DNA of 64,000 bases from Rozella allomycis CSF55 (taxonomy: Eukaryota), in contig KE560428.1 in NCBI GenBank assembly GCA_000442015.1, positions 1 to 64,000 of the forward strand, read 5' to 3'. Positions 13,276 to 26,720 of the stretch are shown piece by piece; position 1 is the first letter of the stretch, and each line of letters begins with the position of its first letter. The translations under genes and the position numbers were made by a program. The notes under the pieces were generated by a model, which worked only from the letters and a program-made list of their open reading frames with translations, was not told where the DNA came from and made no database searches.

Positions 13276-15051
13276 ATGGTTAGCAAGAAAAAGAAAGAAC
13301 AAGATTTTCAAAAAGTTAAATTAAAGGTGGGTAAAAAAGCACCTTTAAAAGATCATCACAAACAATTAAATTTAAAATCTAAAAATCTCGTTCTTCCCAC
13401 ACAACAAGCCCTTGAAGATAAAGAAGAAATAGTCAATCAAAGAAATCAAACTTTAAGAGAAATAATAAGTAAATGCAAACATCCAACAATGACTGTCAAA
13501 AAAGGTAAAAAAATTTATTGTTTTAAATGAAGATTCTTTATTTGACATTATAGAGTTTCTGAAAGATTATGGATTAGAGTCTTTGACAAATTATGAACAA
13601 AAATTAATGGAAAATACTCTTATATGTATGATGGATAACAACCAGATTGTCCGCAAAGGAACGTTAAAGTTGTTTGCATTTCTTAAAGAGATTGATTTTG
13701 ATTTTAATAAGCATATTTCTTTAATCCACGTTTATCTTCAATCTAGNGACTTGGGCGTTCGAACAGATTCGTTACAGTTTCTGGACTTGTTTGAAATCAA
13801 GTCTCCAATGTTCCTTTCATTATTCCATTCATTCTTTACATCAAAAACATTTCACTTGAAAGCAAAACTTTCAATATACAATTATTTTTATTTATATCTT
13901 AAAAGATGCATGTCAGGGTTAAAAGCCAAAGAGTCTATAGCCAATTTTGACTTTTTCAACGTTGAATCAGAGCAAAAATGTGAAGTTGAAGAAGAAATAC
14001 TGAAAAAAATCTTGGACACTTTATTCTTACAATGGATTGAACATAAGCATTCTCTGTCAATGATTCAAAGCAGTTCAGAAGAAACAAAATATCTCGGACT
14101 TGTTCTTAATTGTATAATATCTTTAACTAATATATTCAAAGAAAAAATAGACAATTCTTTGCCATTCCTTCAATCTAACTTCTCAGCGTGGATGAAAAGT
14201 CACGTATTTTTGTATTTCCCAATTCACAAATCAGATGACGCTGAACTATCCCGATTAAACAATCTATTGTGTGAACTTGTCAGCATTCTATCGCTTGCTG
14301 TGCCTGAAAATATTTTCTCGTTTATCTCTGAAAACTTTACAGACCTTTCACAATCGGTAATAGCATACGTTCCGCTACCTGTCATTTGTGACAATTTCAT
14401 TTCATTGAAATCTGGAATAAAGAAAATATCATTGATTTCGAGAATACAAAATGAAATAGAGTGTATTCCTCCAATGGTCTTATCTCAAATTCTTTTTGTA
14501 CTCCCAAGACTGATTTGCGAATTTTCATCAAAAAATGAAACAGAAACTGTCATTGTAAATGCCTTTTAGTTTTTAATAATAGTCGATTATAGCTTTATTT
14601 AAACTCATCCGAGAGTTGTTAGCAGATTACGACAATAATAGACTTTGCCTATTAATGTGTCCAATCTTTTACATAAAAAGTAAAAAGTCGATTTACTTTT
14701 AATATAGAATTGAATAAACCTGGACCGTTCTCTGCATTATCACGGGAAATTCAAACTAAAGTACTTGGTCTCTTATATAGTTTTAATCAAATCGATAGAA
14801 ATCTTTTTGAAAGTATTATCTTATGCTTCAATAGTATGAGCATCGATAAAGATTTAATAAACTTGTTGCTCTCAATTTTTAAATGGGACAACCTGGAAAA
14901 TGAGACCATGCTTGAAATCCTAGCAAATATTTCCAGGCTTGCTCAATCTGAAAAGGTAATCAGCTTTAAACCACTCAATTAGCCACTTGAATTGTTTTTT
15001 CAGTCCAATGAATGGGACTTTGAGAATTTTAAAATGATTTTGGCAAAATAA
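13276..15051 (+). CDS. IPI1: pre-rRNA processing protein Ipi1/TEX10, multi-exon
   Basis: N-terminal KKKKEQDFQKVKLKVGKK...KSKNLVLPTQ signature followed by a HEAT-like region. Confidence 0.85.
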
Positions 15052-15099
15052 GGTTAAAAGAAAATATAATATTTATAAAAATAAAAGTACAAAAGATTG

Positions 15100-15543
15100 T
15101 CATGAATTCTCCAAAATTGACTCGAGCATTTTTATCCGCTCTTCCAAAAGTAGATTTTCGGCTTCAAGTGTTTCAATTGAATCCTTCAATGTCGCCACAT
15201 ACTCTTTCTTTCTTTTTCTACACTTTAATGCCGCTATTCGATTCTTTTCTTGCAATTCTCTTCTCTGTTCTTCTGTCATCGAATCTCTCTTGCTTCTCTT
15301 AAATGACCTATTAATCGATATTGCGTTCCTTTTTCCTGTGGGGGCGGGAGGCAAATCTAATCGGTCAGGATTATCAGAATGCTCAAAACTTCGACCAGAA
15401 TCAAGAGATGACGTTGAATATAGTTTTGATGTTATAGGGGTATTGGTCTTTACATTTTGAAAGAAAAATTCTTCTAGGTCCAAAGACATAAGATTAATTG
15501 GCATATGATCAGATGAAGTTCGGACCATAGGCTCATTTAGATT
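15100..15543 (-). CDS. bZIP transcription factor (ATF/CREB-like); start uncertain
   Basis: RRELQEKNRIAALKCRKRKK basic region followed by a heptad leucine zipper. Confidence 0.85.
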   Translation of the reverse strand, partial: NLNEPMVRTSSDHMPINLMSLDLEEFFFQNVKTNTPITSKLYSTSSLDSGRSFEHSDNPDRLDLPPAPTGKRNAISINRSFKRSKRDSMTEEQRRELQEKNRIAALKCRKRKKEYVATLKDSIETLEAENLLLEERIKMLESILENS

Positions 15544-15724
15544 CATTCTTTCCGAGTTTCCGTGGCTTAGCCTATTCTTCCGCGTTCTATAATAAAATCT
15601 TTGTAATTGATACATGAATTGATTTAATGAAAATCGCTTTTTATTCAATAGTTCGAATTAATATGTGATTGGTATTGGGGATATTGAAACGGCCAGATTT
15701 GAGAGTGGGAACTTGGAAAGAACA

Positions 15725-16756
15725 TCATTGGGATGTTAGTGCCAGGTTTATGTGAAACCATATGCTGCAATTTAGACTTTGGGCTCGGTTGATTGATTGG
15801 AATCGATTTTTGAAGCATTGCAATGTCAAAAGGGGAGTGCCGCTCACATTTATTGCATGAAGATGAATTTGCACCAAAATTTACGTCCTGACAGTTTGAA
15901 TTGTTCTCTGCCTCTACTGTTTCTAATGATGCGGTAGACGTAATGAAGGTATTTTCAGCTGTATATTTCTTGATCTTCTTGTTCTCTTTTACTGGCTTTA
16001 ACTTTTTTATATCTTTATCATTGTACTCTTCATCTTGATTTGTTTTGAGCTTTGATTTCTTCGCTTGAAGTTCTCGATACTTCTCTTGCTCATCAGCAAA
16101 TCTAATTCTATCTTTATTCGCTTCATCAACAAATGGCTATATTGATTAAATTGTGATTTTACCCGCCTCTCGACAAAATTCATGGATTTCCAAAGCTCAC
16201 CAAGTTTTGAGCTTACTTGGCCAAAGGTTAGCTCTGGATGCTTTTTAGCCATCTCAGACCTTTTATGTCTATAAAATGCCAAGAATGATGAAATTGGTTG
16301 CTTTGGCGGTTTGGTCTTTTTCACTAGCTGTTTATTTGGTTTCTTATTTTTAGAATTCTTTTGCGAAGCTTGACTTATATTTATTTTACTGCTGTTTATT
16401 TCATTATCAAGTCCTTCTTCAATCATTAATCGAGTGACAAGGCCATTCAAAATCCGCCTAGCTTTTGCATTTTGAGTTTCGCCTTTATGATTTATTTCAT
16501 TAAAATTTATAAATTTATGCGCATCTTGATTCATTCGCATTAGTATATAGGCCAGTTCTTCCGAAGTAGTGTCATCAATGTTGACATTGTTTAGTGGAGG
16601 TTCAGTCCCTAGATGAATCTTGGCGTATTCACCCATTAAAGCAATAATACTTGAAACTTCAAGTATCTCTTGTTGTTCCTTGGATGACAGATGATATAGA
16701 GATCCTGAATCAAAGTTGGAAGGACTGTGTGACTGGTAGTCGTGCGGCGCGGTCAT
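15725..16756 (-). CDS. HMG-box protein, at least two exons; 3' end approximate
   Basis: PPKQPISSFLAFY...HPELTFGQVSSKLGELWKSM, then after an intron PFVDEANKDRIRF. Confidence 0.82.
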
Positions 16757-16856
16757 AAAGAGTAAACAAATATCAAATTGATATAATGCATATATACGCT
16801 TCAAAATGATAATTTAAAGAGAATTTCATATCCTTTTCAAGACTTCGCCACATTTG

Positions 16857-18516
16857 ATGTTAGGGTTGAATCAAACAGATTCAGACTTGAATGTGATTAT
16901 TTCACAAAAATTACCAAATTATGAGATTATAGAAGAAATAGGACATGGTACTTATGGAAAGTAAGTGTTGACACTAAAATTTTTACTAGAGTATTTTTAT
17001 CTCGCTTTAAAGTTAACGGGGATCACAGAGCCATAAAATACATTCAATACAGTTCGAATCCAGCTCTTCAGCAACAGATTCACAAAGAAATAATAATACA
17101 CAAGGCCCTCAAGCATGTGAATATCATTCAAGTGTTCGAGGTGGCTGATTTACCACCTGTTTGTACATTGCTTGTGATGGAACTTGCAAGTGGTGGAGAA
17201 TTATTTGATAGGATTGAGCCTGATGTTGGTTTAGAAGAACAATTAACTCACTTTTACTTTTTTCAATTAATTCGAGCGGTCGAGTATCTGCATGGACAAG
17301 GTGTTTGTCACAGGGACTTAAAACCTGGTAATTGATAATTTAATTAAATACAGAAAATATTTTGCTTGATGTAGACGGAAATCTGAAACTGACTGATTTC
17401 GGATTTTCAACAATTTTCAGACATCAGAACAAGAGAAGAATGCTGGAAACAGCATGTGGAACTCCTGTTTACATGGCCCCAGAAGTCATGAAACGGTATT
17501 ATGACGGCGAACAGGTAGATCTTTGGTCGGCGGGTATTATTCTGTATGTTTTGCTAGTTGGAAGTATGAAAGGTTGTAAGTGCTAATTATAGATACACCA
17601 TGGGAAGAGCCAACAGAAAGAGACAAAGATTTTGCTAAATTCATCAGAGAAGGTCCCTGTGGCCTCGTGGAAGGAAGTTGGCAAAATCTTTCGAATGAAG
17701 TCAAAGGTAATCTCTTATTTTTATATTTTTCAGATCTCTTGTGCAATATACTAAGATTCGATCCGAAAGAAAGATTTACTCTGTCCAAGATAAAGAACCA
17801 TCCATGGTTTCAACAATCAAATCCATTACTTTCGCCTAAAGGTAATATTTATTCTTCAGGAATAAAAAATAGGATTGTGCGCTAATCCTGAACAATTAGC
17901 CATGAAGTTTGTTAAACACATTAAATCATCTCCTATTGATTACATCATGGACTTGAATGATGATGAATCGTAAGCATTACATGCATAAGTTAAGTAGGCA
18001 AGTATTTCCAGCTCTTTCTCAGCCAGATCCACTGTACAAATTTTCACAGGATATTTCAATGAAAGAAATAAGCTTTTCTCAGCCTTACGATATAACCCCC
18101 GGAAACCGCCATTCGCAACCACTTTTACCACCTCTTTCCGCTAACACGCCTGGCCAAAAATACAATTGGTTTATGCGATACTTTTCCTGCCATAGACTCA
18201 CTCGATTTTACTCTAAGAGTCACGAAACTGTGATCCTCAAAAAACTAAAAGACATTTTGCAGTCTCTACTTGTTCAGTTCAAAGTTAACGGCTCTAAAAT
18301 TACATTTTCCACGGTTGATAAACATAAATGCCCTTTAAATGGGGAAATTTCAATACTCAAAGCGAGCAACGATGTCAGAATCGTTGTTTACAAACGAAAT
18401 AAGGTATTTTTAATGCTTTCAATTCCAATTAGGGCGATCCTTTAGAATTTAAAAGATTTTACAAAATGTTCATTGAACATGTACGAGACTTGATCATAGA
18501 GAACAATTGTAATTAA
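16857..18516 (+). CDS. CHK1: checkpoint kinase Chk1, multi-exon
   Basis: IGHGTYG, ELASGGELFDRIEPDVG, HRDLKPEN, DFG, CGTPVYMAPE; C-terminal FSQP, RLTRF, TVDKHKCPL, GDPLEFKR motifs. Confidence 0.92.
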
Positions 18517-18541
18517 GCGAATAAATTGATTATTATATTCA

Positions 18542-19661
18542 TCATTGTCCATTTATTTGTGCCGTGGATGAAGCCATTTGTTGTTGTGACCTAACTCTCT
18601 CCATTCCCTTCCTCTTCATATGCCGAAAAGTGAAATATGCTGCTACTCCGACACATAGTGTTCCCACAGGTACAAACACTCCGACTAAAATTTTCCAAAG
18701 TAGTCCACTGTCTGTGGTAGTGTCAGTTTGAGCGATTCTTTGATAGGGCGCAACACCGGGCTTTGGTGTTTCCAGAATAGGATTAGCATCCCCAACAGGA
18801 CTTTCAACTACGGCCACAGTGTTAGTAGATACCACGTCACCTTGTTGCGCTATATTACAAAAAATATATACCCATTACGAAATGCGTTTCCATAAAACCC
18901 AGTCCCGCTTTGACATGGTTCATATTTACATCTTCCAATTTCGTTGGTATTGTAATACTTGCATTTGCTTTGCCCTGGGTATGTATTGTCACCACCTTGA
19001 AATGATGGCATTTGCATTGTCGATTGATTTCTGTTTGATTTGTATTCTTATTGAATAATGAAACCATTTGATACCTATACCACCACTAATGTTAATATCA
19101 GTGCATGAATAATAATCGCCCAACATTAAATGTCCTCCGAAAAATACCCATTGCAAGGTAGCAGGCCCATCTGGTAGCGTATCTGGAATCTTCAAACTTG
19201 TCTTGCAAAATTTTATTTGTTTCCCTGTCTCCAAAACGTCATCAAATGCATAATCGTGTTCAGCATCACTAATTTCGTGTAATAAATTTATAATACCAGG
19301 TTCCAGCAACTTCATAACAAGAATATTTTACAACTGATGCATCAAATGCTGATCTATTGTTTGAAGATGATTGAGGAACAATTGACAATCGAACAAACCC
19401 ACCAGTATGATTTTGCCGGGCCCATTCAACAACCATAGATGAACCTCTTTGATAAGTAGCTGGCGGTATGTAGTATGGATGCGTTGCCGGCAACGGGTTA
19501 GGCGAATCGCATGGACCAAAACAACTGGTATCATTCCAAATCGCATCAGCCCGACATCCTGATTTCGTGTAATATTGTGCAGTTCTAGACAGAGGAGTCA
19601 CCAGATAAGAATGCCCATAAACTATCGATATCAAAAAGGAAAGACAAACAAGAATTTCCAT
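18542..19661 (-). CDS. secreted, C-terminally membrane-anchored LPMO-like (His-brace) protein, multi-exon
   Basis: Signal peptide followed directly by His (VYG|HSYLVTP.SR), NHTGG, LQWVFFGG...YYSCTDI, Cys-rich module, TM helix plus RHMKRK stop-transfer. Confidence 0.7.
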
Positions 19662-19689
19662 TGCTCCTTGGCAACAAAGCAAAACTACT

Positions 19690-20830
19690 TTATTTTGATA
19701 CTAAAATCGTGTGATTCTCCAAAACACCGGATTTCAATAACTTGATAGTCCATTTTAAATAAACTATCCAGATCCTTCGAATTGATTCATTTTCTGGTTT
19801 GACTTCAAAATCTGATTGTATATTAGAAAGCCAAGATTCCATTGTTTTAATTGAAAAATGAGTCCAATTCTCTATCATTTCAATGAAAAGTCCGCTTTCT
19901 TTTATGCTACTCTCGTAATGATATATAGTTTGGCTTAATTGTCTTGGCGAAACGTCAGTATATCTACTGAGAATATTGAATGTTAGTTACAAATATTTCG
20001 ACAAAAAAGTAAAATAGTAGGCTAATTGATTGTCAGAATAACGCACTCCATTATTTTTTGCCGGTACAGTTACATTGATCAAGACATAACCACCGTGAGC
20101 AAGACAGGCGCGCAGTTTTTTAAAAAGGTTCAAAGTGTCTGGTATATTAAACATATTAAAGACTTCAAAAGCAACCACAGCATCAATCGCCTCTGGTTTA
20201 TAATTGTCGACAAAATCATAAATGTTGAACGTTGTCGGAGAAGTACTGTCCTTGTGAAATGAATAGAAAAAATCCAAATCTTCGCTGTTAAATTCATAAT
20301 ATTTTATCAAGTAGGTCTGTAGACAGCCAAATCCCGAGTTCAGGTCAAGCAAAACGTCATCCTTGCAAAGATGAAGCAGATGCTTTGACGTTATCGCTTC
20401 CAATGTGAACAAATTCGCCTGTTCAAGAGATTCAGCGCTACATTCCCATGTATCAAAAGTGCTCACAGAATGCCATTTGTGTTTTCCGTACATTTGTGGG
20501 AACAGTGCTTTTGAAGGAGAATCAATTGATTACCTGGCCATGAGTTACTGGTGGTAAAGTTTCGAAACCTTTTTGTACAGCAGCTCCAATAATCTAAAAG
20601 AAATGAAAAGCCGGGTAGACTGCTCTCGTAAACATCAAGTTCAACCTCTTCGCCATCTTCTTCAACTATGGGTTTAAAAAATAAATTGTATTTTACTATA
20701 CGAACACAAGTTTTTCCAAAATGTGTCAGCCAATATGATATACAAGAACAGAGCCAATACCAANTGCCAAAATGATTACGACCACAGAATAGTCCATGCC
20801 TCAAAGTTTAATCAATAGCCAAACATTAAA
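19690..20830 (-). CDS. cyclopropane-fatty-acyl synthase / sphingolipid C9-methyltransferase-like SAM-dependent protein, multi-exon; start uncertain
   Basis: ESLEQA...LLDLNSGFG (motif I-like), IDAVVAFEVF, LRACLAHGG, ENWTHFSIKTMESW...RRIWIVYL follow the CFA-synthase pattern. Confidence 0.55.
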
Positions 20831-20876
20831 CTATAAAACATAATTAACCGCATAAACCGAATTCTGAATATTTTAT

Positions 20877-21761
20877 TTAATTCTTAATGTACAATCTCCT
20901 AATTTCTTCCTCTGCCGTCCGAATCTGCGTAACAGGACAATATCCCTTTTCTCTCACAAAACCCAGTATGCATTTATAGCATCCAATCACTCCACTCGGA
21001 ATAGCAACCTCATTCTCATAATCCTTGCCACAAACCGGGCATTTCCCAGCTTCCAATTTCTCAATTCCATCAGGCGGCGGCACCGGAGGCGGCACAACCG
21101 AATACGACTTGCTTGATTGCTTGCTAGTTATAAACATTTCTATACACCGGACCGCAAACAATGCCAGCCCAAATAACACAGGCCATTTGCTCTTCGAGTC
21201 GTTTTCAAAATCTTGCGGGGATCTTCGTTCATAATGCTGGCCAAGCAATGCCAGGATCCATGAATAGTATTTATGGGATCTGAATATATACAGAATAGCG
21301 AATGCAGCATTGATTAGCTTGTCGAGTGCAAATATGGTTTTGACACGCTTGTCTTGTGAGAGAAGTGATAATTTGGAATGCACATATGGATAAAGAATGT
21401 GGAGGAGCCATGATAATTTGGGTTTAGATGGGGTTCTTTTAAGTCCATAAAAGATTTCTGTCAATGACGCACCTAATTTGGTATTGCAGTTTGAATTACT
21501 TTTTTCATGAAAGGATAAGTATTCAGTGTAGCCTACTAATAATAATGAAAGTTCATCTTGATATTTAATGCAAGGCAAAAAATATCGAGGAAATTGTTGA
21601 GCAAGAAGCTAATGTTATAACTTTTAAGAATGTACGGTGAAAGCGTAATTTAAGGTTGGTTTTAAGAGATCATTTAACTGTTCTTGAGCTAAACATTCAA
21701 AAAATGAAGGTCTGGAGTAATTAGAAGTGGTTGAAGAAATATGGCTTGAAAATTCAGCCAT
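20877..21761 (-). CDS. PEX12: peroxin 12 (RING peroxin)
   Basis: RPSFFECLAQEQL..LLKPTL, SLTEIFYGLKR, PPPVPPP, CPVC...SGVIGCYKCI...CPVT. Confidence 0.92.
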
Positions 21762-21877
21762 GGGCTATTAGAGGAAATGTAAAAAAGGAATTCACAGTAA
21801 TTGATCAAACAAATTCCAAATTCAAAAATAATTAAGAATAATTCTTAACATTAAGAATATTTAAAAGACAAATTTAT

Positions 21878-23696
21878 TTAATGACAACCCTGGTCACGTT
21901 TGCGTGGAGCGCAGCGAATGATATCATCAACTCTAAGAATCATTTCGGCAGCTTCAGAGGCACTTAATAAAACTTGCCTTTTGAGTTTGAGAGATTCAGT
22001 GACACCAAGTTGAATCATGTCAGCAACATCACCGTTGTACATGTCTAATGTTAAATGTAATGAAATAAAGTACCAAGACCGAACGAGTATTTTCCTTCAT
22101 TGTGGGCAGCCTTTAGTTTAGCGATGAGTTCAGAGCTGTCGTAGCCAGCATTGTCAGCAATGATGGTTGGAAGTTGGCGAAGGGCGTGAGAGAAAGATTC
22201 CATTGCAATAGCTTTCTTGCCAGGGGTGACTCTAGCAACATCGTCGATAGCTTTTGCCATTAACATTTCAGCGCTGCCACCGCCAAGAACAGTTTTTGGT
22301 TCTTTGACAGTTTGAGAAAGAACACAAAGGGCGTCATGTAAGGAGCGTTCAGCTTCATCTAAGAGTTGTTGAGTTGAACCTCTGAGGACGATAGTGCAAG
22401 CTTCACCAGCAGCAACACCAGAGAATTTAATCATCTTTCGTTATTAAAACAAAAAGGAAATACTTTTTCTTCACCAATTAAAACTTCTTCAATTAATTTA
22501 CAATGGCCAAGTTTGACTAATTCAGGATGATCAAACGTTGAAACAATTTCACCTCCAGTGACTAACGCTAATCTTTCTATCCCATCAAAGTCTGCGTGTT
22601 CAATCGCAGCAATTCCAGAATCAGCAAAAAGTTGTTCTGGATAATTATAAATCAATTGGCGATTCACAAAACAATTAATTTCATGTTTCTTAATTTTTTC
22701 AACTTTGTTTTTCATCTTTTCTTTTTCTGCTTTTTCTAATTCAGCCAATTTTCCTGTGGCTTCAACTTTGACACGTGCTCCAAAGATCTTTATTTTGTCA
22801 GTGTCCATAGCTACCCATTTCTATAAATAGATTTCATTACGAGTGTTTGCAATCAATATTTTAGCATTTTCAATTCTCTTTGGCTGATTCACTCCAATTT
22901 TCTTATTCAAAATAAACCCTTCATCTAAATATGAATCCACCAATCTTCCTCCAACTTTTTTAATGATTTGAATGTGTTCTAAATCTGTGCTTCCCTTCAA
23001 TCTCAAAACAGCTTCAACTGCCAACTTTGCAAAATAATCTTTATCTTGAGACAAAACTTTAGAACTCAAAGTAGTCTTGGCAATATTAATCAAATCTTTC
23101 TTAAATTCTTCTTCATTCAATCTTTTATTCCTTGAAATCATTTCTTACCCATTGTCAGTCGCCCTTGCTTCAAGTGCCTCTCTAGCAACTCCAGTCGCAA
23201 GTCTAAACCCTTCAATAATCGTTTGTGGATGGATCTTTCTATTAATCAAATCCTCAGCTCCCCTCAACAATTCTGACGCCAAAACACAAACAGATGTTGT
23301 TCCATCACCAACTTCATCATCTTGCACTTTGGAAATATCTTTTCTTATTCTTTCCATTTATTTTTACTAACCAAAACTTTCGCTGCTGGATTGTCCAAAT
23401 GAATAGACTTCAATATAGTCGCACCATCATTCGTCACCTGGATATCACCCTGTCCAGACATGGACTGCAATATTTTATCCTTTATTCACACAATATATTC
23501 CCTCATACCATCCCTTTAGGCCCCAAAGTACTCTTCACCAAGTCTCCAACCGCAATAGCTCCAACAAATGAATTCTACACAATAAATCACACTTATTTCT
23601 CATACCAAACGCGCATTCTCTGCCCTCTCCTCTGTCGCCTCTCTCTGCAAAATACTAGTCTATTATCATCAAAATATTCCTCCCTATTACCGTCAT
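21878..23696 (-). CDS. CCT2: chaperonin CCT subunit beta, multi-exon
   Basis: [65 protein letters not shown]. Confidence 0.97.
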
Positions 23697-23807
23697 ATAT
23701 TACAAGGGTCGTATGAGAAATTTAGGAAGTATCTAGAAGTGTGGCTTGGTGAAATTGTTGCAACAATAACGATAAAAATGCAAAACTCTATTTATTTACA
23801 TTGTCTA

Positions 23808-24286
23808 TTAATCATCATCAACCTCTCTGTTCATGTAATAATCAATCGCCGTTGAAAATGCGGCAAATCCAGCTCCTCCCATCAACATCGCTTTGGGTCC
23901 ACTCTTATAAGCTAAAATACCGCCAGTCATAAATCCAGCAAAAACACTATTCCATAAATCATGCCTGCCTCTATACTAGAATCAAACAATCAAATATTCA
24001 ATACTCCTTCTATCAGACATTCTGTAGTAGTAAACAGGGCTGCCACTTTGCCAAAACTTTTCGCTTGCTGAAATGTCGATGATGCCATTTCTTTTAATAC
24101 AGTTCGGGCCATGGCTTTGGTTCCCTGTGCCTCTAGTTCTATTGGGCTGCCATGAAATGACGTGCTGTGCATGAACAATCCCAACAATCCACCCATACCA
24201 AAGCCTACCAGACCGCTTTGTACACATTTGAAAGCACAGTTTTGTTGAAAATCGTTGGCAGCAAACGGGTTCGGTGGTGGCTGCAT
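23808..24286 (-). CDS. TIM22: mitochondrial inner-membrane translocase Tim22
   Basis: NCAFKCVQSGLVGFGMGG..GLF, AKSFGKV..LF...ECLIE.YRGRHD, GFAAFSTAIDYY. Confidence 0.92.
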
Positions 24287-24387
24287 TTTAGGAATTTCAA
24301 ATGTTTCGCATCAATGTGATTCAAAATGGAAAATAGAAATTACCTATCCATCTAATATTGAAATAGATATATTATTGTTAAATGAAT

Positions 24388-26037
24388 TTATTTAAGATCT
24401 TTGGCGTCGGGAAACATATTGAAATACGCAGGCTCAGGAATATACGTGACAGAGATTTTTCTTCCCGCAAAGAAACGATTATTGAGTGACTTTAAAGCTT
24501 TTGATGCACTTGATGAGGTATCAAACATCATATACACTTCACCATTAACACTTTTAGTAACGTGAACATGTTTTACAAGTCCATAATTTAAACATTCATC
24601 CTTGACATCATTTCCAATTTCAACATCCCAGTTCTCTTCCGTTTCTTCTTCTGGATCATACATATTTGTTAACAAGATACATGTAGACGTAGTTGGCTGA
24701 ACAGTAAATAACGAAGTGGATTCTCTTGACTCCAACATTTTATTCATTAATTCAAATCTACCTTTAGAATCTAACGACATTCCAACTATTTCGGCTTCAT
24801 CTTGCGTCAATGTTGATTTTTCAGGCGCAACAGCCACTTTAATCTCTTAACTTTAATCACAATTCTTACTTGGCGGCCTAAAAGATCAAAGTTGTGAAGT
24901 GTTTGCAAAGCCTTTTTAGCATCATCTGGTCTCTTGTATTGAATAAACGCAACACCCTTTGAAACTCCTTCAAAATCCTTAATAAGTGAAACATCTTCAA
25001 TATAACCCATCTGTTCAAACACTTTTCTTATATCTGCTTCCCGTAGACTGGGATGAATATTGGAAACATGAAGGCGAGAAAAGACAGTCACTCGTCTTTC
25101 TATTACACGCCTATCTCTTCACAAATAACAACTTACTCGTCATTGAATGAAGCTTCATCTACTATTCTATTTTTTTCTGCTTCTGATGGTTGGACAATAA
25201 CCGGAATTCCACCTAGAGTTTTAGCAAGTTATTTTCTTTACCCAATTTCTGTCCTGTCATTCCAACCGCTTTTGGAACACTTTGTTCATCATAAAACTCA
25301 ATGTACCCAACTCTTTAAATATCAATTAATTAAAGTTTTTACCCTTTTGATCTTTTAGATATTTTATCATAAACCAATCTAGCACTTCTTACTTTTCCAA
25401 CTTTCCCAAAAAATTCATACAGATCCGGAGACCTCATCTTTTGAGCAACTTGCATTACAAAAACCTTTTGAATCTTTAATAAACTTCTTACAGTTCTTTT
25501 ATCTCTATCAACTGCAGACATTACTGGACTTGGCGATCTAGATTCCCTTCTACTCACATCTTTGCTTTTACGATCTCTTGATCGGTACCTGTCTCTAGAC
25601 CTGCTACGTCTTTTTTCTTTAGAGCGAGATCTCCTTCTTCTACTATCCCTTGATCTATTTCTTTCCCTTTCCCGAGACCTGCGTCGCTCTCTATCCCTGG
25701 AATAATCTCTGCGACTTCTATCTCTTGAACGATATCTTTCTCTATCCCTATCTCTTCTTACTGATCGCTCCCTTGACCTTCGGCGCACTTCACGAGAAGA
25801 ATGGCGACTAGACCTTCTGTCTCTTCGTTCATCCTTATTCTCTCGTTTTGAAATTTCAGATAAATCGTCTTTTACACTCTCACTAATACTTTCAGTCATC
25901 CTACTATCGTCTTTTGAGGGAAACGGATTATGATTTTCTTCATTAATTTTATTTTCTTTATTATAATTATCTACACTGTTATTATTAGTTATTTGCTTTA
26001 AAGGCGCATCCAATAACTCGTCAACATCAAAATCCAT
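24388..26037 (-). CDS. RBM39: RBM39/CAPER-type splicing factor (RS domain, 2 RRM, UHM), multi-exon
   Basis: RS-rich N-terminus, RDKRTVFVMQ, SKRSKG, LLTNMYDP..E...W..EI..DV.DEC, RFFAGR. Confidence 0.9.
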
Positions 26038-26171
26038 TTCGTAAGTAAATACCAAGCCACTATTCAAAAGTAGCAATGGGTCAATGACATCCATCAGGGA
26101 ACACGATTGTCAGAGTGTGATATTATACTGTCAAACAAGGATTATTAGTTTGTCAAGTTTGACAGCAACAC

Positions 26172-26639
26172 ATGTTACCCATCCGTTATTTAGTTTTATT
26201 AATCAGTTTCGCGCTAGCGATTTCAAGTGATACTTATCAATCTGATTTGCGTGATTTGGAATACTGCTATTACTTACAATATCAACAAAATTTGCTGGAT
26301 ATTCAACAAGCCCAAGAAAAGCATAGGCGTGCGCAATCACAAATACCACCGCATCCTATGCCAGAAAGATACTGTAATGATGTTTTTGAAAATATGCATT
26401 ACCAATCATTAAGTCGTCTGGCTTCATCCATGCCCTGGGAAGTTCCAGAAAACAATGAAGACCGAAAAACCACAAGCTACATGGACTCTTATCTTTCGTT
26501 TCCGTCTTCGTCCTTGCCAAGATCTTCGGCGAAATCATCCGAATCTTTAAGAAAAAAGCTTGTAAAAAAAGTAAAAGAAAAGATAACAAAGCCAATAGGG
26601 CAAAGTATTAAAAACTTGAAACGTAAGTTGAGCAAATGA
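26172..26639 (+). CDS. secreted hypothetical protein with basic C-terminus
   Basis: Signal-peptide-like MLPIRYLVLLISFALA; intronless 155-aa ORF. Confidence 0.7.
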   Translation: MLPIRYLVLLISFALAISSDTYQSDLRDLEYCYYLQYQQNLLDIQQAQEKHRRAQSQIPPHPMPERYCNDVFENMHYQSLSRLASSMPWEVPENNEDRKTTSYMDSYLSFPSSSLPRSSAKSSESLRKKLVKKVKEKITKPIGQSIKNLKRKLSK

Positions 26640-26720
26640 ATAAATATACGTTTCTATGAAATTATGAATTAAATATTTGCAACTAAAGACTAAAGAGTAA
26701 TTCATGGCGAATTTCAATGT

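Noticed and set aside
15100-16804. Mating-type locus (HMG-box gene)
   Set aside because: The HMG box looks like a generic HMGB/Nhp6 type, and the flanking triose-phosphate transporter and RNA helicase genes of Mucorales sex loci are not adjacent
25540-25850. CT-rich simple repeat
   Set aside because: It is the antisense of the RS/RD domain of RBM39
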